A stretch of DNA of 32,000 bases from Synechocystis sp. PCC 6803 substr. PCC-P (GCF_000284455.1 NC_017039.1:1530001-1562000), one strand, 5' to 3'. Positions 8,705 through 22,012 are shown, numbered from the stretch's first letter. Notes: generated from the sequence alone by a model not told the origin. Program-made: numbers and translations.

Positions 8705-9544
8705 ATGAAAATTGGTGTTGTTGGTTTGGGTTTAATTGGGGCTTCCTTGGCGGGAGACTTGCGTCGTCGGGGCCATTATTTGATTGGGGTTTCTCGGCAA
8801 CAAAGCACCTGTGAAAAAGCAGTGGAAAGACAATTGGTGGATGAAGCGGGTCAAGATTTATCTCTTCTCCAAACAGCAAAAATAATTTTTCTTTGTACTC
8901 CTATACAATTAATTTTGCCTACCCTAGAGAAGCTTATTCCCCATCTATCGCCCACAGCCATTGTCACTGATGTGGCCTCTGTAAAAACGGCGATCGCCGA
9001 GCCGGCCAGTCAACTTTGGTCTGGGTTCATTGGTGGTCACCCCATGGCCGGCACAGCGGCCCAGGGCATCGACGGGGCGGAAGAAAATTTATTTGTCAAC
9101 GCTCCCTATGTGCTCACTCCCACCGAATATACTGACCCAGAGCAATTGGCTTGTTTACGTTCAGTGTTGGAACCCCTGGGGGTAAAAATTTACCTCTGCA
9201 CTCCCGCAGACCATGACCAAGCAGTAGCCTGGATTTCCCATTTACCTGTAATGGTGAGTGCTGCTTTAATCCAAGCCTGTGCCGGTGAAAAAGATGGGGA
9301 TATTCTCAAACTAGCCCAAAATTTGGCCAGTTCGGGTTTTCGGGATACCAGTCGGGTGGGAGGCGGCAACCCGGAGTTGGGCACCATGATGGCCACCTAT
9401 AACCAACGGGCTTTGCTAAAAAGTTTGCAAGACTATCGTCAGCACCTGGATCAGCTAATTACCCTAATTAGTAACCAACAATGGCCTGAACTCCATCGTC
9501 TTTTACAACAAACCAACGGCGATCGGGACAAGTATGTTGAATAA
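8705..9544 (+). CDS. tyrA: arogenate/prephenate dehydrogenase
   Basis: 279 aa. N-terminal Rossmann motif MKIGVVGLGLIGASLA and the conserved GGHPMAG segment of the TyrA family. Confidence 0.9.
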   Translation: MKIGVVGLGLIGASLAGDLRRRGHYLIGVSRQQSTCEKAVERQLVDEAGQDLSLLQTAKIIFLCTPIQLILPTLEKLIPHLSPTAIVTDVASVKTAIAEPASQLWSGFIGGHPMAGTAAQGIDGAEENLFVNAPYVLTPTEYTDPEQLACLRSVLEPLGVKIYLCTPADHDQAVAWISHLPVMVSAALIQACAGEKDGDILKLAQNLASSGFRDTSRVGGGNPELGTMMATYNQRALLKSLQDYRQHLDQLITLISNQQWPELHRLLQQTNGDRDKYVE

Positions 9545-9677
9545 ACCAATGGCGATCGCCTGGAGAATAAATTTAGGAGACTAGACATTGATCCAGAACA
9601 AATTTAGGAACAATGGGGCCCACGGCATGGCTTTCTGTTAAAAATAAACAAGCACTGCCCTTTCCCGCTCAGAGCGC

Positions 9678-11312
9678 ATGACTAACCAGCCCACCGCATC
9701 GGTTCCCTTTCAACGCCCCTGGCACGACTATCTCAAATTCAGCACCGATCACAAAGTCATTGGCATTCAATATTTACTGATGTCCTTCTGCTTCTTCTTA
9801 GTGGCGGGATTATTGGCCATGATTATCCGGGCAGAATTACTCACCCCCCAATTGGACGTGGTGGACCGTAGCCTCTACAACGGTCTATTTACCCTCCACG
9901 GCACCATCATGATTTTCCTCTGGATTTTTCCAGCCAATGTGGGGTTAGCCAATTACTTAATTCCCCTGATGATTGGTGCCAGGGACGTAGCCTTTCCGGT
10001 ATTGAATGCGATCGCCTTTTGGCTAATGCCAGTGGTGGGAGTGTTATTGATTGGTAGCTTTTTTCTACCCACAGGGACGGCCCAGGCGGGCTGGTGGTCC
10101 TATCCTCCAGTAAGCATTCAAAATCCGTCGGGTAATTTCATCAATGGCGAATTTCTTTGGCTTTTGGCAGTGGCCACTTCCGGCATTTCTTCCATTATGG
10201 GGGGGGTTAACTTTGTCACCACCGTTTGGAAATTGCGGGCACCGGGGCTAACCCTGTTAAAAATGCCCGTTTACGTCTGGACAATTTTAAGCGCCCAAAT
10301 TTTGCAACTCTTTTGTCTGCCAGCGTTGACCGGCGGGGCGGTGATGTTGCTGTTTGACCTTTCCTTTGGCACCACCTTTTTTGACCCCTTTAATCAGGGC
10401 AACCCAATTATTTACCAACATTTATTTTGGTTCTATTCCCACCCGGCCGTCTACGTCATGGCTTTGCCTGCCTTTGGCGTATTTTCGGAAATATTGCCGG
10501 TTTTTGCCCGTAAACCGCTTTTTGGCTACAAAACTGTCGCTATTTCTTCTTTTCTCATTGCTATCCAAGGCACCTTCGTCTGGGTACACCATATGTTTAC
10601 CAGTGCTACCCCCAACTGGATGCGAATGTTTTTCATGGCTAGCACCATGCTCATCGCTGTGCCTACGGGCATCAAAGTTTTAGCCTGGACAGCAACGGTG
10701 TGGCGGGGTAGTTTGCGACTGAAAACCCCCATGTTGTTTTGCCTGGGGGGAATTTTAATGTTTCTATTTGCCGGCATCACGGGCATTATGTTAGCTTCTG
10801 CCCCCTTCGATTTGCACGTCAATAACACCTATTTTGTGGTGGGGCATTTCCATTACGTGGTCTTTGGCACCGTGACCATGGCCATTTACGGGGCAATTTA
10901 TTTCTGGTTTCCGAAAATGACTGGGCGCATGTATAACGAAGCCTGGGGCAAACTCCATTTTGCGTTGACTTTTATTGGCGCTAATTTAAACTTTTTCCCC
11001 ATGCATCCCATTGGGCTACAGGGCATGTTGCGGCGCATTTCTTCCTACGACCCGGAATACACGGCCTGGAATGTGGTGGCCAGTTTGGGGGCGTTCCTGC
11101 TGGGCATGTCTACTTTACCGTTCATTGCCAATATGGTGGCCTCGGCTTTCCAAGGCCGTCGGGTGGGTAATAATCCCTGGAATTCTTTGGGCTTGGAGTG
11201 GACCACACCTTCACCGCCACCGGAGGAAAATTTTGAAGTTATTCCTACCATTACAGTGGAACCCTATGGCTATGATCGCCCGGTGGATTTGACCACCGAA
11301 GTAACCACATAG
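9678..11312 (+). CDS. ctaD: heme-copper oxidase subunit I, A2-type (alternative respiratory terminal oxidase CtaDII-like)
   Basis: 544 aa. Heme and CuB ligands are present: FTLHGTIMIF, H-P-A-V-Y, WVHHMF, VVGHFHYVV. Helix VI reads YSHPAV (10434-10451), the A2-type signature, rather than GHPEV. Confidence 0.95.
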   Translation: MTNQPTASVPFQRPWHDYLKFSTDHKVIGIQYLLMSFCFFLVAGLLAMIIRAELLTPQLDVVDRSLYNGLFTLHGTIMIFLWIFPANVGLANYLIPLMIGARDVAFPVLNAIAFWLMPVVGVLLIGSFFLPTGTAQAGWWSYPPVSIQNPSGNFINGEFLWLLAVATSGISSIMGGVNFVTTVWKLRAPGLTLLKMPVYVWTILSAQILQLFCLPALTGGAVMLLFDLSFGTTFFDPFNQGNPIIYQHLFWFYSHPAVYVMALPAFGVFSEILPVFARKPLFGYKTVAISSFLIAIQGTFVWVHHMFTSATPNWMRMFFMASTMLIAVPTGIKVLAWTATVWRGSLRLKTPMLFCLGGILMFLFAGITGIMLASAPFDLHVNNTYFVVGHFHYVVFGTVTMAIYGAIYFWFPKMTGRMYNEAWGKLHFALTFIGANLNFFPMHPIGLQGMLRRISSYDPEYTAWNVVASLGAFLLGMSTLPFIANMVASAFQGRRVGNNPWNSLGLEWTTPSPPPEENFEVIPTITVEPYGYDRPVDLTTEVTT

Positions 11313-11368
11313 TATGGGCTTTTTCCGCCGTTGAACCCGCTAACCGAGCAAGCACACGAGGAAATTTT

Positions 11369-11965
11369 ATGGAATCAGGTAATCATCTCCCCCATGTTGA
11401 GCCGACGGAAGAACAGGAACCGGATAATTTAGGCTTTGGTTTTCCTGTCTTTTTGATGTCGGAAAGTGTGGTGTTTATCAGCTTTTTTGTTACCTACACC
11501 ATTCTGCGGCTGACTAATAAACCCTGGTTTCCCCCTGGGGTAGACGGTTTGGATGTGACAAGAGGAGCCATTAATACCATGGTGCTAGTTACCAGTAGCG
11601 GGGCCATTATTTTGGCCGAAAAAGCCCTGCACCGAGGAGAAATGAAATTATTTCGCCTACTGTGGTTAGCCACCATCAGTCTCGGCATTGTTTTCTTGTT
11701 TGGCCAGGCGGCGGAGTGGGCCGGTATGCCCTTTGGCCTGGATGCGGGATCCGCAGGGGGAACTTTCTTTTTACTAACTGGTTTTCACGGATTGCACGTT
11801 TTCACTGGGGTCTGTCTTTTGCTTTATATGTATTGGCGCTCCCTCCAGCCCCACAATTTTGATCGGGGCCATGAAGGGGTGACGGCGATCGCCTTGTTTT
11901 GGCATTTTGTCGATGTAATTTGGATTATTTTATTTATTTTGCTTTATCTTTGGCCAGCGAATTAA
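11369..11965 (+). CDS. ctaE: heme-copper oxidase subunit III (CtaEII-like)
   Basis: 198-aa hydrophobic protein 56 nt downstream of ctaD. The C-terminal FWHFVDVIWIILF motif is typical of subunit III. Confidence 0.9.
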   Translation: MESGNHLPHVEPTEEQEPDNLGFGFPVFLMSESVVFISFFVTYTILRLTNKPWFPPGVDGLDVTRGAINTMVLVTSSGAIILAEKALHRGEMKLFRLLWLATISLGIVFLFGQAAEWAGMPFGLDAGSAGGTFFLLTGFHGLHVFTGVCLLLYMYWRSLQPHNFDRGHEGVTAIALFWHFVDVIWIILFILLYLWPAN

Positions 11966-12063
11966 ATCTTTGGCATTGTTGAGACCGAGTATCCCAAAGT
12001 ATGATCTAGGTAGAAAGATAACTTTTTGGGCAAGATATAGAATCTCCAGGGAGAGGTGATGCA

Positions 12064-12729
12064 ATGGCCGTTAATCTAGAAACTCGCAAACAGGAAAGTG
12101 TAACTAAACCCAAAGCAGAGCATCTGATTTTGCTCAATCCAGTTAGTTGGAATACGTTCAATCAGTTACTAGAAGAATTAGGAGAAAAACGAGGTCAAAG
12201 ATTTGCCTATGACTGTGGAATTCTAGAAATTATGAGTCCTTTGGGTGTTCACGAAAACAACAATCGCTTTATTGATGACCTCATTCGAGCAATCACCGAC
12301 GAATTGGGATTAAATCTTAAAAAATTTGGTTCATTAACGTTAAGAATTGATCGAACTAAACAGGGAGTGGAGCCAGATTCCTGCTATTACATAGCAAACG
12401 AACCCCAGGTGCGGGGCAAGCAACACATTGACCTCACGGTGGATCCTCCCCCCGATTTGGTATTAGAGATTGATATTACCAGTGGCTCCTTGAACAAGTT
12501 CCCAATCTACAGCAATTTAGGCATACCGGAGATTTGGTGCTATGACGGCGATCGCCTGGCAGTATTTGTGCTCCAACCGGAGTCGGGGCAGTATGAACCT
12601 GTTGACCAAAGTCCCACTTTTCCATTTTTATCTCTAGAACAGGTGCCCTTGGTAATTGAACGCAGTTTGGCGATCGGGGAGACGGCGGCCCTGAAGGAGT
12701 TTCGCCAATGGCTAAAGGCCAACCGTTGA
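12064..12729 (+). CDS. Uma2-family (DUF820) PD-(D/E)xK putative endonuclease
   Basis: 221 aa. GILEIMSP...EPDSCYY...PPDLVLEIDITS matches the E...PD...(D/E)xK-like core of the cyanobacterially expanded Uma2 family. Confidence 0.8.
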   Translation: MAVNLETRKQESVTKPKAEHLILLNPVSWNTFNQLLEELGEKRGQRFAYDCGILEIMSPLGVHENNNRFIDDLIRAITDELGLNLKKFGSLTLRIDRTKQGVEPDSCYYIANEPQVRGKQHIDLTVDPPPDLVLEIDITSGSLNKFPIYSNLGIPEIWCYDGDRLAVFVLQPESGQYEPVDQSPTFPFLSLEQVPLVIERSLAIGETAALKEFRQWLKANR

Positions 12730-12784
12730 ATGTATTCCACCTTCCCCACTACATGGTTGGCTGGCCATTTCTGGGTAGATGAAT

Positions 12785-13693
12785 TTAAAGCTTTTCGGCT
12801 TTTTCCCGTTGGATTTCCCCAATTAACTGGGCCAGATGATGGCGATCGGCCTGGTAGACTTCACCGCAAAAATCGCAGGTGGCTTCGGCTCCATTGTCTT
12901 TTTCGATCATATCTTCCAGTTCATCTTGTCCCAGTATTTTTAGGGCTCCCAAAACCCGGGGAAAGGAACAGCGACAATCAAAGCGTAAAAGTTGCACTTC
13001 CGGCAGAATGGCCAGACCAAAATCCCCCAATAATTCTTGAAAGATATCTTTGAGGGATTTGCCTGAACGCAAAAGGGGCGTGAAGCCGGTCAAGTGCCCC
13101 AATCGGGATTCCAAAGCGGCAACCAATGCTTCGTCCCGGGCAGCCTTGGGCATTACCTGTAAAAGTAGCCCCCCGGCAGCAGTTACCCCATCTTTGCCCA
13201 CAAAGACCCCCAACAACAGGGCGGAGGGAGTCTGTTCGGAGGTGACTAAATAATGGGTGACATCCTCACCAATTTCCCCGGAAACTAACTCCACTGTGCT
13301 GGAGTAGGGATAGCCAAAGCCCACATCCCGCACCACATAGAGAAAGCCATCCTGGCCCACTGCGCCCCCCACGTCCAACTTCCCTTGGGCATTGGGAGCG
13401 AGTTCCACCGAAGGATTTTGTACGTACCCCCGCACGGTACCGTCTAAACCGGCATCTACCAACAGACCCCCGAGGGGGCCATTACCACGGATGCGGATAT
13501 TTACCCGGGATTTTTCCTGCTTCATGCTAGAAGCCAGCAGTAACCCGGCGGCCATGGTGCGGCCGAGGGCCGCGGTGGCAACGTAGGAAAGGCGATGGCG
13601 TTGGCGGGCTTCCTCAGTTAGGTTGGTGGTAATTACCCCCACTGCGCGAATACCCCCATCGGCGGCGGTGGCGCGGATCAATTGGTCTGCCAT
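12785..13693 (-). CDS. hslO: redox-regulated chaperone Hsp33
   Basis: 302 aa. C-terminal zinc centre CRCS ... CDFCG (CxC...CxxC) and overall Hsp33-like sequence. Confidence 0.92.
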   Translation of the reverse strand: MADQLIRATAADGGIRAVGVITTNLTEEARQRHRLSYVATAALGRTMAAGLLLASSMKQEKSRVNIRIRGNGPLGGLLVDAGLDGTVRGYVQNPSVELAPNAQGKLDVGGAVGQDGFLYVVRDVGFGYPYSSTVELVSGEIGEDVTHYLVTSEQTPSALLLGVFVGKDGVTAAGGLLLQVMPKAARDEALVAALESRLGHLTGFTPLLRSGKSLKDIFQELLGDFGLAILPEVQLLRFDCRCSFPRVLGALKILGQDELEDMIEKDNGAEATCDFCGEVYQADRHHLAQLIGEIQREKAEKL

Positions 13694-13741
13694 GGATTGC
13701 TGAAATGTTGCCTGAATTTTGTGATGCTTCTATTGTGCCAA

Positions 13742-16009
<2,268 letters not shown>

Positions 16010-16209
16010 TCACATCAATATTGACTTAACCACAACTTGCCGGGGCCCTAGTGCCATGCTGCCCCGGGGTCGCAGATTAGTCAATGGGTAGAATTTCCCA
16101 CAGGATTAGAGTCTAGAAGCAACTGTTGATCATCGGCCAAATTCCATTGCCATGGGGCCGGCGATCGGGGCACAATGATAGGGCTATCTTTAACGCTGTC
16201 ACCTCTTTC

Positions 16210-17586
16210 ATGACCATTGCCAATCCTTCCCCTAGTAACTTTTTTCAGCAGTTAGGTCGGCAGTGCCTCAAAACCCTGGCAGATCTCCGTCTGGCGATCG
16301 CCCTTTTACTATTAATTGCTGTTTTTAGTATCAGTGGTACGGTAATTGAGCAGGGGGAAAGTTTAAGTTTTTACCAACAGAATTATCCTGAAGATCCAGC
16401 TCTATTTGGATTCTTAAGTTGGCAAGTAATTTTACAACTAGGTTTAAATCAGGTCTATCGAACTTGGTGGTTTTTGGGGCTCCTAATACTTTTCGGTTCT
16501 AGCTTGACTGCCTGTACCTTTAATCGTCAATTTCCTGCTTTAAAAGCAGCCCGCAGTTGGCAGTTTTATCACCAACCAAGGCAGTTTAAAAAACTAGCTT
16601 TAAGTTTTTCGTTACCCGATGGAGATATAAATAAAATTGAGAGCTTACTCCGGGATAGGGGTTACAAAATCTTCCAAGAAGGTGACAGTGTTTATGCCCG
16701 TAAAGGTCTGATGGGAAAAGTCGGTCCTATCATTGTCCATGGCGCCATGCTAATCATTTTAGGGGGGGCAATTTGGGGAGCATTGACGGGATTTTTTGCC
16801 CAACATATGATTCCCAGTGGTGAAACATTCCAGGTAAGTAATATTATCGAGAAAGGCCCCCTTGCCGACAGTCAAATTCCCAAGGATTGGGGCATTAAAG
16901 TCAATCGATTCTGGATTAATTACACGGAAAATGGCGCCATTGATCAGTTCTATTCTGATTTGTCCGTGGTTAATAATCAAGGGGAAGAATTGGACCGGCA
17001 AACCATCTCCGTTAACCATCCCCTACGTCATCGAGGCGTTACTTTTTATCAAACTAACTGGGGCATTGCGGGGGTAAAAGTACAACTCAACAATAGTCCT
17101 GTGTTGCAACTTCCCATGGCCCCTTTACAAACCGCCAATGGTGGCCAGTTGTGGGGAGCCTACATTCCCACTAAAACTGACTTTAGCGAAGGTGCCGCCC
17201 TATTAGTTAAAGACCTCCAAGGTACAATGATCATTTATGACCAAGAGGGCAATTTGACCGATGCAGTGCGGGCTGGTTCTACGGTGGAAATTAATGGAGT
17301 GAATATAACAATTAAAGAGTTGGTGGGTAGCACCGGTTTACAGATTAAAGCTGATCCCGGTATTCCTTTTGTTTATCTTGGTTTTGGCTTGTTGATGGTG
17401 GGAGTAATGATGAGTTATGTTTCCCATTCCCAGGTCTGGTTATTGAGCGTTGATGGGGATGGTCAACGGGAAATTTATTTAGGGGGAAGAACCAACCGGG
17501 CCCAGGTGGCTTTTGAGCGAGAAATATTGGCGATCGCCGAAGAGGCGGAGGTAAGTTCTAAAACAGAAGCTAAAGTTAATGCTTAA
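16210..17586 (+). CDS. ccs1: cytochrome c biogenesis protein Ccs1/ResB (System II)
   Basis: The N-terminal [27 protein letters not shown] is typical of ResB/Ccs1, followed by a large soluble loop and a C-terminal TM. The ORF is open from 16126, but ATG 16210 gives the 458-aa size I recall for Ccs1. Confidence 0.88.
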
Positions 17587-17900
17587 GTAAACAAATTCGG
17601 TGCAGGCTACCCGCCAAAGTTCCTCCGGTAGGGGTGATATATTTCCTAATGGCGGTATCGTTTTTTGGGCTAGTTAATAAATTGAAATCCTCCCTGAAGA
17701 AGGTCAACTTAATCTTGTTCGGTAGTCATCCTATGTTCATCTATCTAAACCCAGGTCCCAGTAAATACTAGTCTTTATTTACTTCAGTTGACCTAAATGA
17801 TGTAAGTTTGTTAACTTTTCCTCTTTTGCCATAGGGAGCCCATCGCCGATTGAGTTAAAATTAGAAGACTTAGCCTACGCTTCCTAAAGCGATTTGTCCA

Positions 17901-19766
17901 GTGGTTGCATCAATTCCTAATCCCAAAACAAATTTCCTGAAAACTGTTCCTAGCCAACGGCAAACCGGGGCTTATATCCTGATGGATAGCCTGAAACGCC
18001 ATGGGGTCAAACACATTTTTGGCTATCCCGGCGGGGCAATTTTGCCCATCTATGATGAACTGTACCGCTTTGAAGCGGCGGGGGAAATTGAGCATATTTT
18101 GGTGCGCCATGAACAAGGAGCTTCCCATGCGGCGGATGGGTATGCCAGAGCCACAGGTAAAGTGGGAGTTTGTTTCGGTACATCTGGACCAGGGGCGACT
18201 AACTTGGTGACCGGCATTGCCAATGCCCATTTGGACTCGGTGCCCATGGTGGTGATTACTGGACAGGTGGGCCGTGCCATGATTGGTAGCGATGCTTTCC
18301 AGGAAATTGACATTTTTGGCATCACCTTACCGATCGTTAAGCACTCCTATGTGGTACGTAGTGCGGCGGATATGGCTCGCATTGTTACTGAGGCTTTCCA
18401 TCTTGCTAGCACCGGTCGTCCCGGGCCGGTTTTGATCGATATTCCCAAGGATGTGGGCTTAGAAGAATGTGAGTACATTCCCCTCGACCCCGGTGACGTT
18501 AATCTACCGGGTTATCGCCCCACGGTTAAAGGTAATCCCCGACAAATTAATGCGGCATTGCAATTGTTGGAGCAGGCCAGAAATCCCTTGCTCTACGTAG
18601 GGGGAGGGGCGATCGCCGCCAATGCCCATGCCCAGGTGCAGGAATTTGCGGAAAGGTTCCAGTTGCCGGTAACAACCACCCTGATGGGAATTGGGGCTTT
18701 TGACGAAAACCATCCCCTTTCGGTGGGTATGTTGGGTATGCATGGCACCGCCTATGCCAACTTTGCCGTCAGCGAATGTGATTTGTTGATTGCGGTGGGG
18801 GCCCGTTTCGACGACCGGGTAACTGGCAAACTAGACGAATTTGCTAGCCGCGCCAAAGTAATTCACATTGACATCGACCCGGCGGAGGTGGGAAAAAACA
18901 GGGCTCCCGATGTGCCCATTGTGGGGGATGTACGCCATGTTTTAGAACAGCTTTTGCAGCGGGCCCGGGAATTGGATTACCCCACCCATCCCCATACCAC
19001 CCAGGCATGGTTAAATCGCATTGATCATTGGCGGACCGATTACCCCCTCCAGGTGCCCCACTATGAGGATACTATTGCCCCCCAGGAGGTAGTACACGAA
19101 ATTGGTCGCCAGGCCCCCGATGCCTACTACACCACCGATGTGGGACAACACCAAATGTGGGCGGCCCAGTTTTTGAACAATGGCCCCCGCCGATGGATTT
19201 CCAGTGCTGGCTTGGGTACGATGGGCTTTGGTTTACCTGCCGCCATGGGAGCCAAAGTGGGAGTGGGGGACGAAGCGGTCATTTGCATCAGTGGAGATGC
19301 CAGCTTCCAAATGAATCTTCAGGAACTGGGAACCCTAGCCCAGTACGACATCCAGGTTAAAACTATTATTCTCAATAACGGTTGGCAGGGGATGGTGCGT
19401 CAGTGGCAACAAACTTTCTACGAAGAACGTTATTCTGCTTCTAACATGTCCCAGGGCATGCCAGACATTAATCTCCTCTGTGAAGCCTATGGCATCAAGG
19501 GTATTACTGTGCGCAAGCGGGAAGATTTGGCCCCGGCGATCGCCGAAATGCTAGCCCACAATGGTCCTGTGGTGATGGATGTGGTGGTCAAAAAAGATGA
19601 AAACTGTTACCCTATGATTGCCCCCGGCATGAGTAATGCCCAAATGCTAGGTTTACCGGAAGTGCCGGTACGGGACAATGGTCCCCGGATGGTGGAGTGC
19701 AACCATTGCCAAACCCAAAATTTCATCACCCATCGTTTCTGTTCTGGTTGTGGAGCCAAACTCTAA
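17901..19766 (+). CDS. ilvB: acetolactate (acetohydroxyacid) synthase large subunit with C-terminal zinc-ribbon tail
   Basis: 621 aa with a GTG start. ThDP motif [14 protein letters not shown]...ILNNG. The N-terminal Pyr domain reads [18 protein letters not shown]. The extra C-terminal [22 protein letters not shown] is a CxxC-x11-CxxC motif. Confidence 0.92.
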   Translation: MVASIPNPKTNFLKTVPSQRQTGAYILMDSLKRHGVKHIFGYPGGAILPIYDELYRFEAAGEIEHILVRHEQGASHAADGYARATGKVGVCFGTSGPGATNLVTGIANAHLDSVPMVVITGQVGRAMIGSDAFQEIDIFGITLPIVKHSYVVRSAADMARIVTEAFHLASTGRPGPVLIDIPKDVGLEECEYIPLDPGDVNLPGYRPTVKGNPRQINAALQLLEQARNPLLYVGGGAIAANAHAQVQEFAERFQLPVTTTLMGIGAFDENHPLSVGMLGMHGTAYANFAVSECDLLIAVGARFDDRVTGKLDEFASRAKVIHIDIDPAEVGKNRAPDVPIVGDVRHVLEQLLQRARELDYPTHPHTTQAWLNRIDHWRTDYPLQVPHYEDTIAPQEVVHEIGRQAPDAYYTTDVGQHQMWAAQFLNNGPRRWISSAGLGTMGFGLPAAMGAKVGVGDEAVICISGDASFQMNLQELGTLAQYDIQVKTIILNNGWQGMVRQWQQTFYEERYSASNMSQGMPDINLLCEAYGIKGITVRKREDLAPAIAEMLAHNGPVVMDVVVKKDENCYPMIAPGMSNAQMLGLPEVPVRDNGPRMVECNHCQTQNFITHRFCSGCGAKL

Positions 19767-19979
19767 CCCATAAGCCAAAATTGAATTCATCCTCCCAGCG
19801 GTGGGGTCAGACTTCAGAATACTTTTTTCCTCGGTTTTTCTTGACCATATTTAAAGTTCCACCAAAGGTCTGCTCCACCTATTGGGAAGAATTTTTTTTG
19901 CAAACCCCTAACCAAGGCAAGATGCGGCGTTCCCTAATCCATCTGTTATCTTTGTAAAGAAAAATTTACAACTTTGTCC

Positions 19980-21923
19980 ATGGTTATTGCCGCCTCTCCC
20001 TCCGTTCCTTGTCCTAGCACCGAGCAGGTGCGCCAGGCGATCGCCGCTAGTCGGGACTTCCTGCTATCGGAACAATATGCCGATGGCTACTGGTGGTCTG
20101 AGTTGGAATCCAATGTCACCATCACTGCCGAAGTGGTCATACTGCACAAAATTTGGGGCACAGCGGCCCAAAGACCCCTGGAGAAGGCGAAGAATTACCT
20201 GTTGCAACAACAACGGGACCATGGCGGTTGGGAACTGTACTATGGTGATGGCGGTGAACTAAGTACCAGTGTGGAAGCCTACACTGCCCTGCGAATTTTG
20301 GGGGTTCCAGCCACCGATCCTGCCTTGGTCAAAGCGAAAAATTTCATTGTCGGCCGGGGGGGCATTAGCAAATCCCGCATTTTTACCAAAATGCATCTGG
20401 CGTTAATCGGTTGCTACGACTGGCGGGGTACTCCTTCCATTCCCCCCTGGGTGATGCTTTTGCCCAACAATTTTTTCTTTAACATTTACGAAATGTCCAG
20501 TTGGGCCCGTTCTAGTACGGTCCCCCTGATGATTGTTTGTGACCAAAAGCCCGTTTACGACATTGCCCAGGGTCTGCGGGTGGACGAACTCTATGCGGAA
20601 GGGATGGAAAATGTCCAGTATAAATTGCCGGAGAGTGGCACTATTTGGGATATTTTCATCGGTTTGGATAGCCTATTTAAGCTACAGGAACAAGCCAAGG
20701 TAGTACCTTTCCGAGAACAGGGTTTGGCCCTGGCGGAAAAGTGGATTTTAGAACGACAAGAAGTCAGTGGCGATTGGGGCGGCATTATTCCCGCTATGCT
20801 GAATTCCCTGCTGGCGTTGAAAGTGTTGGGCTATGACGTTAACGATCTCTATGTGCAAAGGGGCCTAGCGGCGATCGATAATTTCGCGGTGGAAACGGAA
20901 GATAGCTATGCCATTCAAGCCTGTGTTTCCCCTGTGTGGGATACGGCCTGGGTTGTGCGGGCTTTGGCGGAAGCGGATCTAGGTAAGGATCATCCCGCCT
21001 TGGTTAAAGCGGGGCAATGGTTGTTGGATAAACAAATTCTCACCTACGGCGATTGGCAGATCAAAAATCCCCACGGTGAACCGGGAGCTTGGGCGTTTGA
21101 ATTTGATAATAATTTCTACCCTGACATTGACGACACCTGCGTGGTGATGATGGCGTTACAGGGCATTACCCTCCCCGATGAGGAACGTAAACAGGGGGCC
21201 ATTAATAAGGCCTTGCAGTGGATAGCCACCATGCAATGTAAAACCGGAGGCTGGGCCGCCTTTGACATTGACAATGACCAAGATTGGCTTAACCAGTTAC
21301 CCTACGGTGATTTGAAAGCCATGATTGACCCCAGCACCGCCGATATTACCGCCCGGGTGGTTGAAATGCTGGGAGCCTGTGGTTTGACCATGGATTCCCC
21401 ACGAGTGGAACGGGGTTTGACCTATTTACTCCAAGAACAGGAACAGGATGGTAGTTGGTTCGGCCGCTGGGGCGTGAATTATCTCTATGGCACCAGCGGG
21501 GCCCTTTCTGCCCTAGCCATTTACGATGCCCAACGTTTTGCCCCCCAAATCAAAACGGCGATCGCCTGGTTGTTGAGCTGTCAAAATGCGGATGGGGGTT
21601 GGGGAGAAACCTGTGAAAGTTATAAAAACAAGCAGTTAAAGGGTCAAGGTAACAGCACTGCTTCCCAAACAGCCTGGGCCCTAATTGGTTTGTTAGATGC
21701 CCTCAAATATTTACCCAGCCTGGGACAAGATGCCAAACTAACCACGGCGATCGAGGGGGGCGTGGCTTTTCTTGTCCAGGGACAAACCCCCAAGGGCACC
21801 TGGGAAGAAGCAGAATATACCGGCACCGGTTTTCCCTGTCACTTTTATATCCGCTATCACTACTACCGCCAATATTTTCCCCTCATTGCCCTAGCTCGTT
21901 ATAGCCATTTACAAGCATCTTAA
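19980..21923 (+). CDS. shc: squalene-hopene cyclase
   Basis: Catalytic DxDDT motif (YPDIDDTCVVM) and repeated QW motifs (RDHGGWELY, VSGDWGG, KTGGWAAF, QDGSWFGRWG, ADGGWGE, PKGTWEE). The ORF track starts at TTG 19974. ATG 19980 is preferred. Confidence 0.95.
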   Translation: MVIAASPSVPCPSTEQVRQAIAASRDFLLSEQYADGYWWSELESNVTITAEVVILHKIWGTAAQRPLEKAKNYLLQQQRDHGGWELYYGDGGELSTSVEAYTALRILGVPATDPALVKAKNFIVGRGGISKSRIFTKMHLALIGCYDWRGTPSIPPWVMLLPNNFFFNIYEMSSWARSSTVPLMIVCDQKPVYDIAQGLRVDELYAEGMENVQYKLPESGTIWDIFIGLDSLFKLQEQAKVVPFREQGLALAEKWILERQEVSGDWGGIIPAMLNSLLALKVLGYDVNDLYVQRGLAAIDNFAVETEDSYAIQACVSPVWDTAWVVRALAEADLGKDHPALVKAGQWLLDKQILTYGDWQIKNPHGEPGAWAFEFDNNFYPDIDDTCVVMMALQGITLPDEERKQGAINKALQWIATMQCKTGGWAAFDIDNDQDWLNQLPYGDLKAMIDPSTADITARVVEMLGACGLTMDSPRVERGLTYLLQEQEQDGSWFGRWGVNYLYGTSGALSALAIYDAQRFAPQIKTAIAWLLSCQNADGGWGETCESYKNKQLKGQGNSTASQTAWALIGLLDALKYLPSLGQDAKLTTAIEGGVAFLVQGQTPKGTWEEAEYTGTGFPCHFYIRYHYYRQYFPLIALARYSHLQAS

Positions 21924-21924
21924 T

Positions 21925-21944
21925 GAACCTTGGGGAACCTTGGG
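21925..21944. repeat. perfect 10-bp tandem duplication (GAACCTTGGG x2) immediately after the shc stop
   Basis: Read directly from the sequence. The copies are 21925-21934 and 21935-21944. Confidence 0.85.
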
Positions 21945-22012
21945 GTAATATTCGTCCGGTCAACCCCTGGCGATCGGGGGAAATGTGTCCTAAGATTGAG
22001 GGGGTTGCACCA

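Noticed and set aside
17649-17771. A 40-aa ORF (MAVSFFGLVNKLKSSLKKVNLILFGSHPMFIYLNPGPSKY) in the 314-nt ccs1-ilvB spacer.
   Set aside because: It has no Shine-Dalgarno sequence and no recognisable family. The long spacer may instead hold a promoter, a leader or an sRNA. I could not support either reading from sequence alone.
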